DNA from: Acidimicrobiales bacterium
Lineage (GTDB): Bacteria; Actinomycetota; Acidimicrobiia; Acidimicrobiales; Bog-793
Length of the DNA: 64,000 bases
Direction of reading: 5' to 3'
NCBI GenBank assembly: GCA_052146595.1
Contig: JBKQMT010000009.1
Location: forward strand, 9,484 to 73,483
Shown here: positions 31,956-40,873 of the stretch, piece after piece
How positions within the stretch are numbered: the first letter of the stretch is position 1
Layout: each line of letters begins with the position of its first letter
Made by a program: the position numbers and the translations under genes
The notes under the pieces: generated by a model
What the model was told of the DNA's origin: nothing
The model's database searches: none
What the model saw: the letters and a program-made list of their open reading frames with translations, nothing else

Positions 31956-33077
31956 TCAGGACACCTTCACTGGCATCAACAGGTACCGGTACTCGTCCTC
32001 GCCGTCACCTCGCACCAGGGCAGGCTTGCCGGGATCGTTCACCTCCAGGACGAGGGTGTCGGACCGAACCGCTTCGACCCCGTCCAAGAGGTAGCCCGGG
32101 TTGAACGCCACAGTCAGATCGTCGCCCTGGAAATCCCCTTCGACGCTCTCTTCGGCCCGGCCGCTCTCGGGTGTGAGCACGGTGAGATCGACCCCACCGT
32201 CGTGGAGCGCCAGGCGTACCGGTGTCGTGGCGTCCTTGGTGTCTCTCACCACGAGACGGACCCTTCGCAATGCGGCTTCGAGATCGTCACGCGGGACACG
32301 GAGATGATAGGCGTAAGACGGCGGGATCAGCCTTTCCACCTCGGGGAATTGACCCCGCAAGAGTCGCGTCGTGACCCGGACGTCATCGAGCTCGAACACC
32401 GCATCGAGGTCGCTGTAACGAAAAACGATCATGCGGTCGCCGTCGGCCTTGGCGGCCGCCAGGCGTTGCACCTCCGCTAGGGCCTTTGCCGGAACGAGGA
32501 CCTGGCGATCGGGCTCGACTACTTTCATCCCAGCGAAGTCGCGAAAGGCGAGCCGGTACGAGTCGGTGGCAATGAGCCTGAGTCCGCTCTCGGTCGCGAC
32601 CATCAGCACCCCTGTCAGCTGGGGGGCGCGCGAGTCGTCGACGAGAGCCGCCCGGACGACTTGACGAAGACCATCCGCAAAAAGAGAGGCCGGGATCTCG
32701 ATGCCTTGCTGCTCAGGCACGCCGAGACGGGTTATCTCAGCGCCGACGGCAACTCTCACGACGAACTCTGCCCGTCCTGAGGAAAAGCGCACCTCTTCGT
32801 CGCCGGCGACAACGGACACGGCGCCGGGGTCGAAGGAACGCACGATGTCGACGACCAGGCGAGAGGGCACGAGAACTGAGCCATCGGACTCGCCTAAAAC
32901 CTCGCAACGGGCTTCAATCACGAGATCGGGATCCGATCCACACACCTCAAGGTGCTTCCCGCGTAAGACAAGCCGTAGGCCGGCGACGCCAAAGCTGGGT
33001 CCGGAACGGGCGCTCGTCGCCCTCGACGCGGTCACGAGGGTCTCCAGAAGCGTGTCTCGATCGGCACGGAACTTCAC
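31956..33077 (-). CDS. dnaN: DNA polymerase III beta sliding clamp
   Basis: MKFRADRDTLLETLVTASRA at the N-terminus, three-domain length (373 aa), LMPVKV at the C-terminus, positioned directly downstream of dnaA. Confidence 0.93.
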   Translation of the reverse strand: MKFRADRDTLLETLVTASRATSARSGPSFGVAGLRLVLRGKHLEVCGSDPDLVIEARCEVLGESDGSVLVPSRLVVDIVRSFDPGAVSVVAGDEEVRFSSGRAEFVVRVAVGAEITRLGVPEQQGIEIPASLFADGLRQVVRAALVDDSRAPQLTGVLMVATESGLRLIATDSYRLAFRDFAGMKVVEPDRQVLVPAKALAEVQRLAAAKADGDRMIVFRYSDLDAVFELDDVRVTTRLLRGQFPEVERLIPPSYAYHLRVPRDDLEAALRRVRLVVRDTKDATTPVRLALHDGGVDLTVLTPESGRAEESVEGDFQGDDLTVAFNPGYLLDGVEAVRSDTLVLEVNDPGKPALVRGDGEDEYRYLLMPVKVS

Positions 33078-33285
33078 GGAATGCTCTACTCCTTCCTAAT
33101 TAGAGAAAAAGACAACAGGAGTAGTAGGTCCTGGGGATTGTTGATAACCCAGGCTTCGTCCTGTTCGGGAGGGTCGTGCCCTCAAGGCAGTTATCCTCTG
33201 ATCGCACAGCCTGTCGCCCACGGCCGGTGACGCCTGGGGACGGACAAGAGGCTCATCCCCTGACGACAAGGACGTTATCCACAGA
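33078..33285. other. oriC-like dnaA-dnaN spacer (DnaA boxes plus an AT-rich tract)
   Basis: Perfect TTATCCACA at 33275-33283. TTATCAACA on the reverse strand at 33139-33147. TTATCCTCT at 33191-33199. AT-rich CTAATTAGAGAAAAAGACAAC at about 33096-33116. This is the location of oriC in Mycobacterium and Streptomyces. Confidence 0.55.
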
Positions 33286-34743
33286 TCATAAACCGTTCTT
33301 GATCTGGACGCTGAGCTCTGTGACTTGGTCGTACACCTGGCGGCGCTCCTTCATGAGCCCAGCGATCTTCTCCACGGCGTGAATTACCGTGGTGTGATCC
33401 CGATCCCCGAATTCTCTGCCGATGGCGGGGTAGCTGAAGTCGGTGAGCTCACGGAACAGGTACATCGCGATCTGGCGGGCGATCACGAGGGGACGTCGCC
33501 GACTGGGACCGATGAGCTCGTCGACACTGAAGCCGAAATGCCTGGCGCTGATCTCGATGATCTGCTGGGAAGTGATCTGTCGTGGCTGATTGGAGGCCAC
33601 GAAATCCGCCAGGACCGATTCGGCGAGCTCACGGGTCAGCAGCTGACGGTTCAAGCTGGCGTAGGCAGTCACGCGGATGAGCGCTCCCTCGAGCTCACGA
33701 ATGTTCTCCTTGACCTTGGTGGCGATGAAGTCGAGTACATCGTCACCGACGACCGCGTGCTCGTGTTCGGCCTTGGTGCGCAAGATGGCGATGCGGGTCT
33801 CGAGCTCGGGGGGTTGGATATCGGTCGTCAGGCCTGACAGCAGTCGGCTGCGAAGCCTGTCCTCAAGGGTCGCGATCGCCCGGGGGGCACGATCGGAGGT
33901 GAGCACGATCTGCTTGGAGGAGCCGTAGAGCGAGTTGAACGTGTGAAAGAGCTCTTCTTGCAGCGACTCCTTCTTGTCCATGAACTGCACGTCGTCGATG
34001 AGCAACAGGTCGCATTCCCGATAACGCCTGCGGAAGGCGCCCATGTCGTCCTTGGCACGAAGCGTCTCGACGAACTCGTTCATGAACGTCTCTGTCGAGA
34101 CGTAACGGACGCGCATGCGCGAGAAGTTCTCGTGCACGTAATTGCCCACGGCTTGCAGGAGGTGCGTCTTTCCGAGCCCGGCGGCGCCGTAGACGAACAA
34201 CGGGTTGTACGAGCGTGCAGGCGCCTCTGCCACCGACAAGGCGGCAGCGTGGGCGAAGCGATTGGAAGGTCCGGTAACGAAGGTCTCAAAGGTGTATTTC
34301 GGGTTGAGCGGGACATCGTCGGCGCCCGGCGCGTCCTTAACTCTTGCCGGCGCCGGCTTGCCATTGCGGGCGACGACGTTCAGAGCCGGCGCGCCGTAGT
34401 CAGTTCGCCGCCCTTCTTCCCGGTTCGGTGCGAGCTCCTCGGGTCCCGGGTCGTCTATCTGCACGTCGAAGCGGAATTGGACCTCTTTGCCCGAGCTGTC
34501 GAGGAGGGCATCGTGGACGAGGCTGTGAAACCTCCCCTCGAGACGGTCGCGAACCACCCCGCTCGGCACCGCGAGCACCAAGGTCCCGTTCGCGACCGCG
34601 ACAGGACGTATCGGCGAGAACCAGGCCCGCCATGTTGCCTCGGATACCTGCGAGCGCAGGGCGTCCGAACAGTCATTCCACAGTTGCTGTGCTTCTGTCA
34701 CCAGCTCGAGGCCCTCCGGTCGAGAAGTTCTCCACACCGGCAT
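33286..34743 (-). CDS. dnaA: Chromosomal replication initiator protein DnaA
   Basis: AAA+ Walker A NPLFVYGAAGLGKTHLL, Walker B LLLIDDVQF, box VII SNIRELEGAL-type (ENIRELEGAL), C-terminal DnaA signature FGDRDHTTVIHA. Longest ORF given. The in-frame GTG 34701 has GGAGGG 10 nt upstream and may be the true start. Confidence 0.95.
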   Translation of the reverse strand: MPVWRTSRPEGLELVTEAQQLWNDCSDALRSQVSEATWRAWFSPIRPVAVANGTLVLAVPSGVVRDRLEGRFHSLVHDALLDSSGKEVQFRFDVQIDDPGPEELAPNREEGRRTDYGAPALNVVARNGKPAPARVKDAPGADDVPLNPKYTFETFVTGPSNRFAHAAALSVAEAPARSYNPLFVYGAAGLGKTHLLQAVGNYVHENFSRMRVRYVSTETFMNEFVETLRAKDDMGAFRRRYRECDLLLIDDVQFMDKKESLQEELFHTFNSLYGSSKQIVLTSDRAPRAIATLEDRLRSRLLSGLTTDIQPPELETRIAILRTKAEHEHAVVGDDVLDFIATKVKENIRELEGALIRVTAYASLNRQLLTRELAESVLADFVASNQPRQITSQQIIEISARHFGFSVDELIGPSRRRPLVIARQIAMYLFRELTDFSYPAIGREFGDRDHTTVIHAVEKIAGLMKERRQVYDQVTELSVQIKNGL

Positions 34744-34756
34744 CCACAGGTGTGGA
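34728..34756. promoter_or_regulatory. DnaA-box cluster at the dnaA 5' end (putative autoregulatory operator)
   Basis: TTCTCCACA at 34728-34736, GCATCCACA at 34740-34748, and the perfect palindrome TCCACAGGTGTGGA at 34743-34756, which spans the ATG at 34743. Confidence 0.45.
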
Positions 34757-35012
34757 CGGCGGGGCGAGCTCGCAGGGTGTGTGGGAATCGTACAGCGCCG
34801 GCGCGACGCTTGCCTCGGGGCAACCGGTGGCCCCGAGACGGATCGTGCGCTAAATTACTCGGGCCGGTCCCTGCCGTCTGGTGGACCCGTGTTCTCGCGC
34901 GCCAGATGCGGAGGTGGATCTTGGCGGGTCGATTGCACCTGCTTCACCGGCCCATGCCGCGTCGGGAGTCACCCCAGACGTGCGTCACCGGTACGAACGA
35001 AACGAGGCTGAG

Positions 35013-35147
35013 ATGAAGCAGACCTTCCAACCAAACACCCGCAAGAGGGCGAGAAGGCACGGCTTTCGCCATCGAATGTCAACGCGCGCCGGTCGCGCGG
35101 TCCTCAAAGCACGTCGCCGCCGCGGGCGGGTTCGGCTGTCGGCTTGA
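35013..35147 (+). CDS. rpmH: 50S ribosomal protein L34
   Basis: [44 protein letters not shown], 44 aa, canonical L34. Confidence 0.95.
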   Translation: MKQTFQPNTRKRARRHGFRHRMSTRAGRAVLKARRRRGRVRLSA

Positions 35148-35566
35148 GCCACGTTGCGACATCGTTTCGACTCCCGACGACAATGGGCATTGTGCGGCCG
35201 GTTCTTGACGGACGAGCTCAGCGCCCACGCCCTCAGCCGGTACGGGGCCGAAGGGCGTTTGCCCAGCTGAGACGTTCGAGGCGACGCGCCTGGTCGGGAC
35301 CAGTGCGGGTACAGTTCTTACCTGCACAAGAGAGCGATGAGGTTTGGCGATTCGCTTTTGCCGTGCCACGGAAGGTGGGGACCGCAGTCGAGCGCAATCG
35401 GTTCCGTCGCCGCTTACGGGCGGTCATGGCCGAGGCGACGGCATCGATTCCTGCGGGGGCCTACCTCGTGGGCATTGACCAGGGAGTTCGTGATCTCCCG
35501 TTTCAGGAGTTGAGGACAAGGGTGATCGAAGCGATGCAGCGGGCAAGCCAGGTGGCCGCCCAATGA
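35144..35566 (+). CDS. rnpA: Ribonuclease P protein component
   Basis: Basic protein directly after rpmH. The [21 protein letters not shown] block is the RnpA RNR motif. The start is uncertain: TTG 35144 overlaps the rpmH stop, and ATG 35183 is the alternative. Confidence 0.8.
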   Translation: MSHVATSFRLPTTMGIVRPVLDGRAQRPRPQPVRGRRAFAQLRRSRRRAWSGPVRVQFLPAQESDEVWRFAFAVPRKVGTAVERNRFRRRLRAVMAEATASIPAGAYLVGIDQGVRDLPFQELRTRVIEAMQRASQVAAQ

Positions 35567-35802
35567 CGTCCGTCCGCACCACGCCCGCGCCGGTCGCACG
35601 GGCATTGCTCGTGTTGTTGCGCGCTTACCAGGCTTTGCGAGCCGGCCGGCCATCACCTTGCCACTTTGTCCCCTCATGCTCGTCTTACGCCATGGAGGCC
35701 ATCGAGCTGCACGGGTCGCTGCGGGGAACCTGGCTGGCGATGAGGCGCGTCGCTCGGTGCCGCCCGTTCGGCAGCCGGGGCTTCGACCCGGTCCCGAGCT
35801 GA
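35563..35802 (+). CDS. yidD: Membrane protein insertion efficiency factor YidD
   Basis: [46 protein letters not shown] is the YidD signature (C-F-PSCS-Y ... RCHP-like). Confidence 0.9.
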   Translation: MTSVRTTPAPVARALLVLLRAYQALRAGRPSPCHFVPSCSSYAMEAIELHGSLRGTWLAMRRVARCRPFGSRGFDPVPS

Positions 35803-35810
35803 GGTCCGAG

Positions 35811-37082
35811 ATGTTGTTTGCGGCTGCCACCCATACCGCCAAGGCGGGCACTTCCCTGATCGGCACGATCCTGCACCCGATCTTCGTCCTCATCGGGTAT
35901 GTCCTCGCCTTTTTCTACGGATTGATCCCGAACTACGCCGTCGCGATCGCGCTCTTGACGGTGACTGTGATGATCGTCGTCTTCCCCCTCACGCGCGCCA
36001 GCGCCCGCTCGATGATGCGGATGCAGCTGCTGGCGCCGGAGATGAAGAAGATCCAGAACCGCTACAAGGCCAAGCCGGGGATGCCGACTGCGGAGCGTCA
36101 AGAGCTGCGCCAGAAGATGAACGAGGAGGTGATGGCGCTTTATCGCGAGAATGGCGTGAACCCGACGGGGGGTTGCCTGCCGATGTTCCTCCAGTTCCCG
36201 GTCCTGATCGTCCTCTACGACGTCGTTCGCGGCCTCTCGAAGACGGCCGATGTGCTCAACGCTGCCGGACACAAGATCATCGTCCACGGCAAGGTGCTCA
36301 CCCAGGCGACGCCGCAGAACATTCCCAAGACGAGCCGGATGTACCGCGACCTCATAAGAGCCCACGGCGAGATGCACGTCCTCGGCATCAACCTCGCCGA
36401 CTCGGTCCGCACCCATCAGCCTCATCTCGTCGACGTCATCCCTTACGCGCTGCTGGTGCTCATCGCCGTTGGCCTCCAGTACGTCTCGATCTGGCAGGTG
36501 ACCAACCGCAACCCGGCGGCCTCGCAAGCGAACCAGCAGATGCAGCAGATGCAGAAGTACATGCCGCTCATCTTCCTCGTGCTCTACATCGCGCTTCCTG
36601 CCGGAGTCGGTGTCTATTTCATCGTCTCGAGCTTGTTCCGCGTCGGGCAGCAGGAATGGATGTACAAGCACGACCCGACGATCGTCGCGGCCATCCGCGA
36701 GCTCAGTTCTCGAAAGCACGCGGAGCTCACCACCGCTACGGGCCCTGGTGGCACCGCTGTTGGCAAGAGTGCGGGCGCGGGCCCGGAGGGCACCGCCGGC
36801 AAGGGCTTCCTTGCCCGCATGCGCGAAGCGGCAGCGGCTGGAGGTTCAGCCGAGCCAAGCACCGGGCCGGCGAGACCAGCGCCGCGGCAGAGGACCGCAG
36901 CGACGGGCGGGCCCAGGCGCGGCACGACGAATGGCTCGAAGCCGACGACGAACCAGAATGGTTCAAGGAACGGGTCCAGCGCCCGCAAGCCGGCCCAACG
37001 GCCGTCCGGCTCCGGAGGCTCTGGTGGGGGGACGAAGTCGCAGCCCCGCTCCAGGGATAAGCGCCCGCGGAGGGGCCGATAG
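35811..37082 (+). CDS. yidC: Membrane protein insertase YidC (short actinobacterial type) with basic C-terminal tail
   Basis: ATG 35811 follows the yidD stop. AIALLTVTVMIVVFPLT, LAPEMKKIQNRYK, NPTGGCLPMFLQFPVLIVLY. Long G/R/K-rich tail. The track ORF from 35658 overlaps yidD out of frame. Confidence 0.9.
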   Translation: MLFAAATHTAKAGTSLIGTILHPIFVLIGYVLAFFYGLIPNYAVAIALLTVTVMIVVFPLTRASARSMMRMQLLAPEMKKIQNRYKAKPGMPTAERQELRQKMNEEVMALYRENGVNPTGGCLPMFLQFPVLIVLYDVVRGLSKTADVLNAAGHKIIVHGKVLTQATPQNIPKTSRMYRDLIRAHGEMHVLGINLADSVRTHQPHLVDVIPYALLVLIAVGLQYVSIWQVTNRNPAASQANQQMQQMQKYMPLIFLVLYIALPAGVGVYFIVSSLFRVGQQEWMYKHDPTIVAAIRELSSRKHAELTTATGPGGTAVGKSAGAGPEGTAGKGFLARMREAAAAGGSAEPSTGPARPAPRQRTAATGGPRRGTTNGSKPTTNQNGSRNGSSARKPAQRPSGSGGSGGGTKSQPRSRDKRPRRGR

Positions 37083-37085
37083 TCC

Positions 37086-38219
37086 GTGGAATGGGTCGAG
37101 ACGGTCGGGAGGACGGTCGAGGAAGCCGTAGAGGCGGCGCTCGAGCAGCTTGGCGTAGCGGAGAAGGACGCCGAGATCGTCGTCGTGGAAGAGCCGAGAT
37201 CCGGAATGTTCGGCCTGAGACGAAGCAGTGCCAGGATCAGGGCCCGGGTGCGCCCGATTCAACCCCGTGCGAAGCGGCCTTCGCACCGACCCCGAACTGC
37301 TGTGGGCGGGGCCGAGCGTGGGCATCGTCGCCAAGCTCAAACGAGTCGTTCCGAAAGTACCACCACCAAGCCGACTGAGAGATCTGAGGGGGAGGAACGC
37401 CGCGGGAAAGGGGCTGGTGGGTCTGCAGGCACCTCGCGCGCCCAGGGCCGCCAAGCTCAAGGAGCGGCTCAAAATGGCTCACGGACCTCTCGTACTCGGG
37501 CCGTGAAAGAACCCGGGGACGCAACGGATCCAGGTGCCGATGCCTCCGGGAGTTCACCCGCGGGCGGCCGGCGACGTTCACGGAGCCGGGGACGAGGGGG
37601 TCGCGAACGGCTCTCTAACGATTCGGAGTCGACGGCAGATAAGGCTTCGAGTGGCGCTGGTCGCGGGAGTGGATCACCTAAGGAGGCGGAAATGAGCATC
37701 GAGACCCAGCAACAGCTCGCGTGTGACTTCGTCAAGGAGGTCGTCGCACGCTTCGGGATCGACGCAACCACAAGCGCGCGCCGGACTGAGGACGGCGACA
37801 TCTACATAAGTGTGGACGGCAACAACCTTGGACTTCTGGTGGGCCCCAAGGGCGCGACGGTGGAGGCCCTGCAGGAACTGACACGCACGGTCGTGCAGAG
37901 ACACACGGACGAGCACACAAGCAGGATCGTCGTCGATGTCGGCGGCTACCGCGAGCGCAGGGCCGCAGCCTTGCGCCAGTTCGTCCTCGAAGCCGCCAGT
38001 GACGTGTTGCGCACCGGGGTGCCCGAAGCGCTCGAGCCGATGTCACCGTCTGACCGGAAGGTGGTTCATGACACCGTCAACGAGCTCGAGGGCCTGGAGA
38101 CGATCTCGGAGGGCTTAGAGCCACGCCGCTACGTCGTGATCCGCCTGTCCTCGGCATCTGCAGTTGACTCGGCAGAGGACCCCGAGGACTACTCGAGCGA
38201 GCCTGCAGACCTGAGCTGA
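37086..38219 (+). CDS. jag: Jag/KhpB-type RNA-binding protein (Jag_N, KH, R3H)
   Basis: N-terminus MEWVETVGRTVEEAVEAALEQLGV..EIVVVEEPRSGMFG (Jag_N). About 150-aa disordered R/S/G linker. C-terminal KH/R3H blocks GLLVGPKGATVEALQELT and LEPMSPSDRKVVHDTV. Confidence 0.85.
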   Translation: MEWVETVGRTVEEAVEAALEQLGVAEKDAEIVVVEEPRSGMFGLRRSSARIRARVRPIQPRAKRPSHRPRTAVGGAERGHRRQAQTSRSESTTTKPTERSEGEERRGKGAGGSAGTSRAQGRQAQGAAQNGSRTSRTRAVKEPGDATDPGADASGSSPAGGRRRSRSRGRGGRERLSNDSESTADKASSGAGRGSGSPKEAEMSIETQQQLACDFVKEVVARFGIDATTSARRTEDGDIYISVDGNNLGLLVGPKGATVEALQELTRTVVQRHTDEHTSRIVVDVGGYRERRAAALRQFVLEAASDVLRTGVPEALEPMSPSDRKVVHDTVNELEGLETISEGLEPRRYVVIRLSSASAVDSAEDPEDYSSEPADLS

Positions 38220-38268
38220 ACGTCAAGAGGTGTCTCAGAACTCGCCCTACGGGCGAGGGACCTGAAAC

Positions 38269-38979
38269 ATGACGGAGCTCGGAGCCGGCGGCTCCCCTCT
38301 CGCCGTCGTTCTGTTGGAGGCACAACGGAGGTCCCTGGTCGGCAGACTGCCCATAGAGACGCAGATCGCTCATTCAGAGGCTTTCCTCCGCGCGCTGCTG
38401 CTCGAGGCAGTGGACGGCCCAGTTCTCGAGCTCGGATCAGGTGGTGGCCTGCCCGGCCTCGTGCTCGCCGTCGAGGATCAGGACCTCCGACTCGTCATGG
38501 TCGACTCCGGCCGCCGCTCGGTCGAGTTCCTGTCCTGGGCTGTCGAGAGGCTCGAGGTTGCACCGCGGGTGGAAATAGTCAGGGCGAGGGCCGAGGAGCT
38601 CGGACGCGAGAGACGGTACCGGGGAAGCTTTACGGCAGTGGTCGCCAGAAGCTTCGGACCACCTGCCGTGACGGCCGAGTGCGCGGCACCGTTTCTTCAG
38701 GTCGGCGGCCGATTGATCGTTTCCGAGCCCCCGGAGGAGAATTCTCATGCCGGTGCGCACAAAGCGGGCACTCGTCTGGTGGCGGATGGTTGGCCGGCCG
38801 CGGGTCCTTTGCCAGGAGCCGATCGTTGGCCGGCAGAGGGATGTGCCGAGCTCGGCCTGGCACCGGAACTCGTCTTGCGCGACCCGTTCGGGCTCGCCGT
38901 GCTCAGACAGGCCGCCCCCTGCCCGGATCGATATCCCCGCCGGCCAGGGATCCCAGGGAAACGGCCGCTGTTTTCTTGA
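38269..38979 (+). CDS. rsmG: 16S rRNA (guanine527-N7)-methyltransferase
   Basis: VLELGSGGGLPGLVLA is the SAM motif. SFTAVVARSFGPP. Conserved position between jag and parA. Confidence 0.85.
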   Translation: MTELGAGGSPLAVVLLEAQRRSLVGRLPIETQIAHSEAFLRALLLEAVDGPVLELGSGGGLPGLVLAVEDQDLRLVMVDSGRRSVEFLSWAVERLEVAPRVEIVRARAEELGRERRYRGSFTAVVARSFGPPAVTAECAAPFLQVGGRLIVSEPPEENSHAGAHKAGTRLVADGWPAAGPLPGADRWPAEGCAELGLAPELVLRDPFGLAVLRQAAPCPDRYPRRPGIPGKRPLFS

Positions 38980-39011
38980 GGCGACCCTCGAGCTCCAAGC
39001 CTCGATAGTCT

Positions 39012-39806
39012 GTGGCGATGTCAGCAGCCAGTTTCGAGCTCGTCTGCGAGATCGAGCCTTCCACTCGGCCGGACCTCAAGCACGTGAGGCACCAGATCGG
39101 CGTGCTGAGCTCGATCGCGGGCTCATTCCTCATACCGGACAACCACATCGGCAGGGCGACTGTCTCGAGCATCGCCGTCGCCCATGAGGTCGAGCAGATG
39201 GGCGGTCGGTCGATCGCCTGTTTGAACGCCAGGGACCGTAATCTGCTCGGTTTCCAGCGTGACCTGTTGACGGCGGAAGCCTATGGAGTGGACCAGTTCC
39301 TCTTGGTACGTGGTGACGAGCCGCGTGTCGGAGGCCGTACGAGCGAGCTCACGGTCCAGACAATGTTGCGCGAGGCCAGGGCCTTCGATCTCACGACCGG
39401 GCTCATGAGATCCCGCAGGTTGCGCCTGGGGGCCGTCGCGAACCTTGGCCAGCTTCCTGCATGGAAAAGAGAAGCCGACTTCTTGTTCTTGCAGGTTGGC
39501 TTCTCACTCGAGGCGCTGTTGCGCTGGCAGGAGCGAGAGCGGCCCGAAAACGCCATCTATGCCGGCGTCATCGTTCTGGCCAGCACGGCGATGGCGCGTA
39601 GTTTGGCGAAGACGATCCCTGCCATAGACATCCCGACCCAGCTCGTTGAACGGGTGGACCGCGACCCGAAAGCCGGGATCGAGGCCGCTTGCGAGCTTCT
39701 TTTGGCCATCCGAGGCACAGGGGTCTTTCACGGCGTGCACTTGATCCCGGTGTCCTGCTATCGACTGGTGGCCGCCCGGCTGGAGCAGCTGCTGAACGAA
39801 TCGTGA
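39012..39806 (+). CDS. Methylenetetrahydrofolate-reductase-like protein (short form)
   Basis: FELVCEIEPSTRP, IPDNHIGRATVSS, ACLNARDRNLLGFQRDLLTAEAYGVDQFLLVRGD and GVHLIP follow the MTHFR TIM-barrel pattern (HLTCRD...LALRGD). At 264 aa it is shorter than MetF. Confidence 0.6.
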   Translation: MAMSAASFELVCEIEPSTRPDLKHVRHQIGVLSSIAGSFLIPDNHIGRATVSSIAVAHEVEQMGGRSIACLNARDRNLLGFQRDLLTAEAYGVDQFLLVRGDEPRVGGRTSELTVQTMLREARAFDLTTGLMRSRRLRLGAVANLGQLPAWKREADFLFLQVGFSLEALLRWQERERPENAIYAGVIVLASTAMARSLAKTIPAIDIPTQLVERVDRDPKAGIEAACELLLAIRGTGVFHGVHLIPVSCYRLVAARLEQLLNES

Positions 39807-39923
39807 CCGGTCGTCGTGCCGAGCGGGCCTGTCCGCCTTCAGAGGTTCGGCGCTGGCGCGCGCGTTATGCTCGCCTTGAAGCTGCCTGACACCGACGAGA
39901 CCTCCAGTCGTTCGGGTCGCAGA

Positions 39924-39939
39924 TGTTTCACGTGGAACA
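39924..39939. promoter_or_regulatory. parS centromere-like site
   Basis: TGTTTCACGTGGAACA matches the consensus TGTTTCACGTGAAACA at 15 of 16 positions. It lies just upstream of, or in, the 5' end of parA. Confidence 0.65.
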
Positions 39940-39961
39940 CTCCCCTCGAACCGAAGGTGTG

Positions 39962-40873
39962 ATGAACGACGACGAGGATGACGACCGAGATCAACCAGTC
40001 GAGCACGAACGTCCGGTAATGGGCACAGTGGCAGGATCCGAGGATCCAGGCACACCTCATCAGATCCACGAAGGCGCGGAGACACCCGCTGAAGGCCCGG
40101 TGCGGCCACTGCCCAGGGTGATCGCAGTCGCCAACCAAAAAGGAGGCGTCGGCAAGACGACGACCACCGTCAATCTCGGTGCCTCCCTCGCCGACCTCGG
40201 GTACCGAGTGTTGATCGTGGACCTCGATCCTCAGGGCAACGCCACGACCGGCCTCGGGATCGAGGCGAGGAATTTCGATTTCTCGATGTACGACGTGCTT
40301 CTCCGCGACGTGCCTCTGGAGGACTGCGTAGAACCGACGAGCATAAAGAACTTATTCCTCGCCCCGGCAACGATCGATCTGGCTGGAGCGGAGATCGAGC
40401 TTGTCTCCGCCTTCAGCCGCGAGCTCCGCCTGAAACGAGTCATTGCTCCGATAAGGGAGGACTTCGCCTACGTCCTCATTGACTGCCCACCTTCTTTGGG
40501 CTTGATCACGGTCAATGCCCTTGCGGCGGCGAGCGAGGTGCTCGTGCCGATCCAATGCGAGTACTACGCCCTGGAGGGTCTGGGCCAGCTGCTCAGGAAC
40601 GTCGAGCTGGTGCGGGCCAACCTCAACCCTGAGCTCGAGGTGTCGGCCATGGTCTTGACCATGTACGACTCGCGGACGAGACTGGCCGACCATGTCATAG
40701 CGGAGGTGCGCACGCATTTCGGAGCTGCCGTCTGCAAGAACGTCATCCCGCGAACGGTCCGCATCTCAGAGTCGCCGTCGTTCGGCGAGCCCATCACCGT
40801 GCATGCCCCGGCCTCGAGGGGTGCCATCGCCTACCGAGAGCTCGCGAAGGAGGTCAGCGGTGGTCCGGCGTAG
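39962..40873 (+). CDS. parA: Chromosome partitioning ATPase ParA (Soj)
   Basis: Deviant Walker A VANQKGGVGKTTTTVNLG, DLDPQGN, LIDCPPSLG. The track ORF begins at 39923, inside the parS site. ATG 39962 (GAAGG upstream) is preferred, but the start is uncertain. Confidence 0.9.
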   Translation: MNDDEDDDRDQPVEHERPVMGTVAGSEDPGTPHQIHEGAETPAEGPVRPLPRVIAVANQKGGVGKTTTTVNLGASLADLGYRVLIVDLDPQGNATTGLGIEARNFDFSMYDVLLRDVPLEDCVEPTSIKNLFLAPATIDLAGAEIELVSAFSRELRLKRVIAPIREDFAYVLIDCPPSLGLITVNALAAASEVLVPIQCEYYALEGLGQLLRNVELVRANLNPELEVSAMVLTMYDSRTRLADHVIAEVRTHFGAAVCKNVIPRTVRISESPSFGEPITVHAPASRGAIAYRELAKEVSGGPA

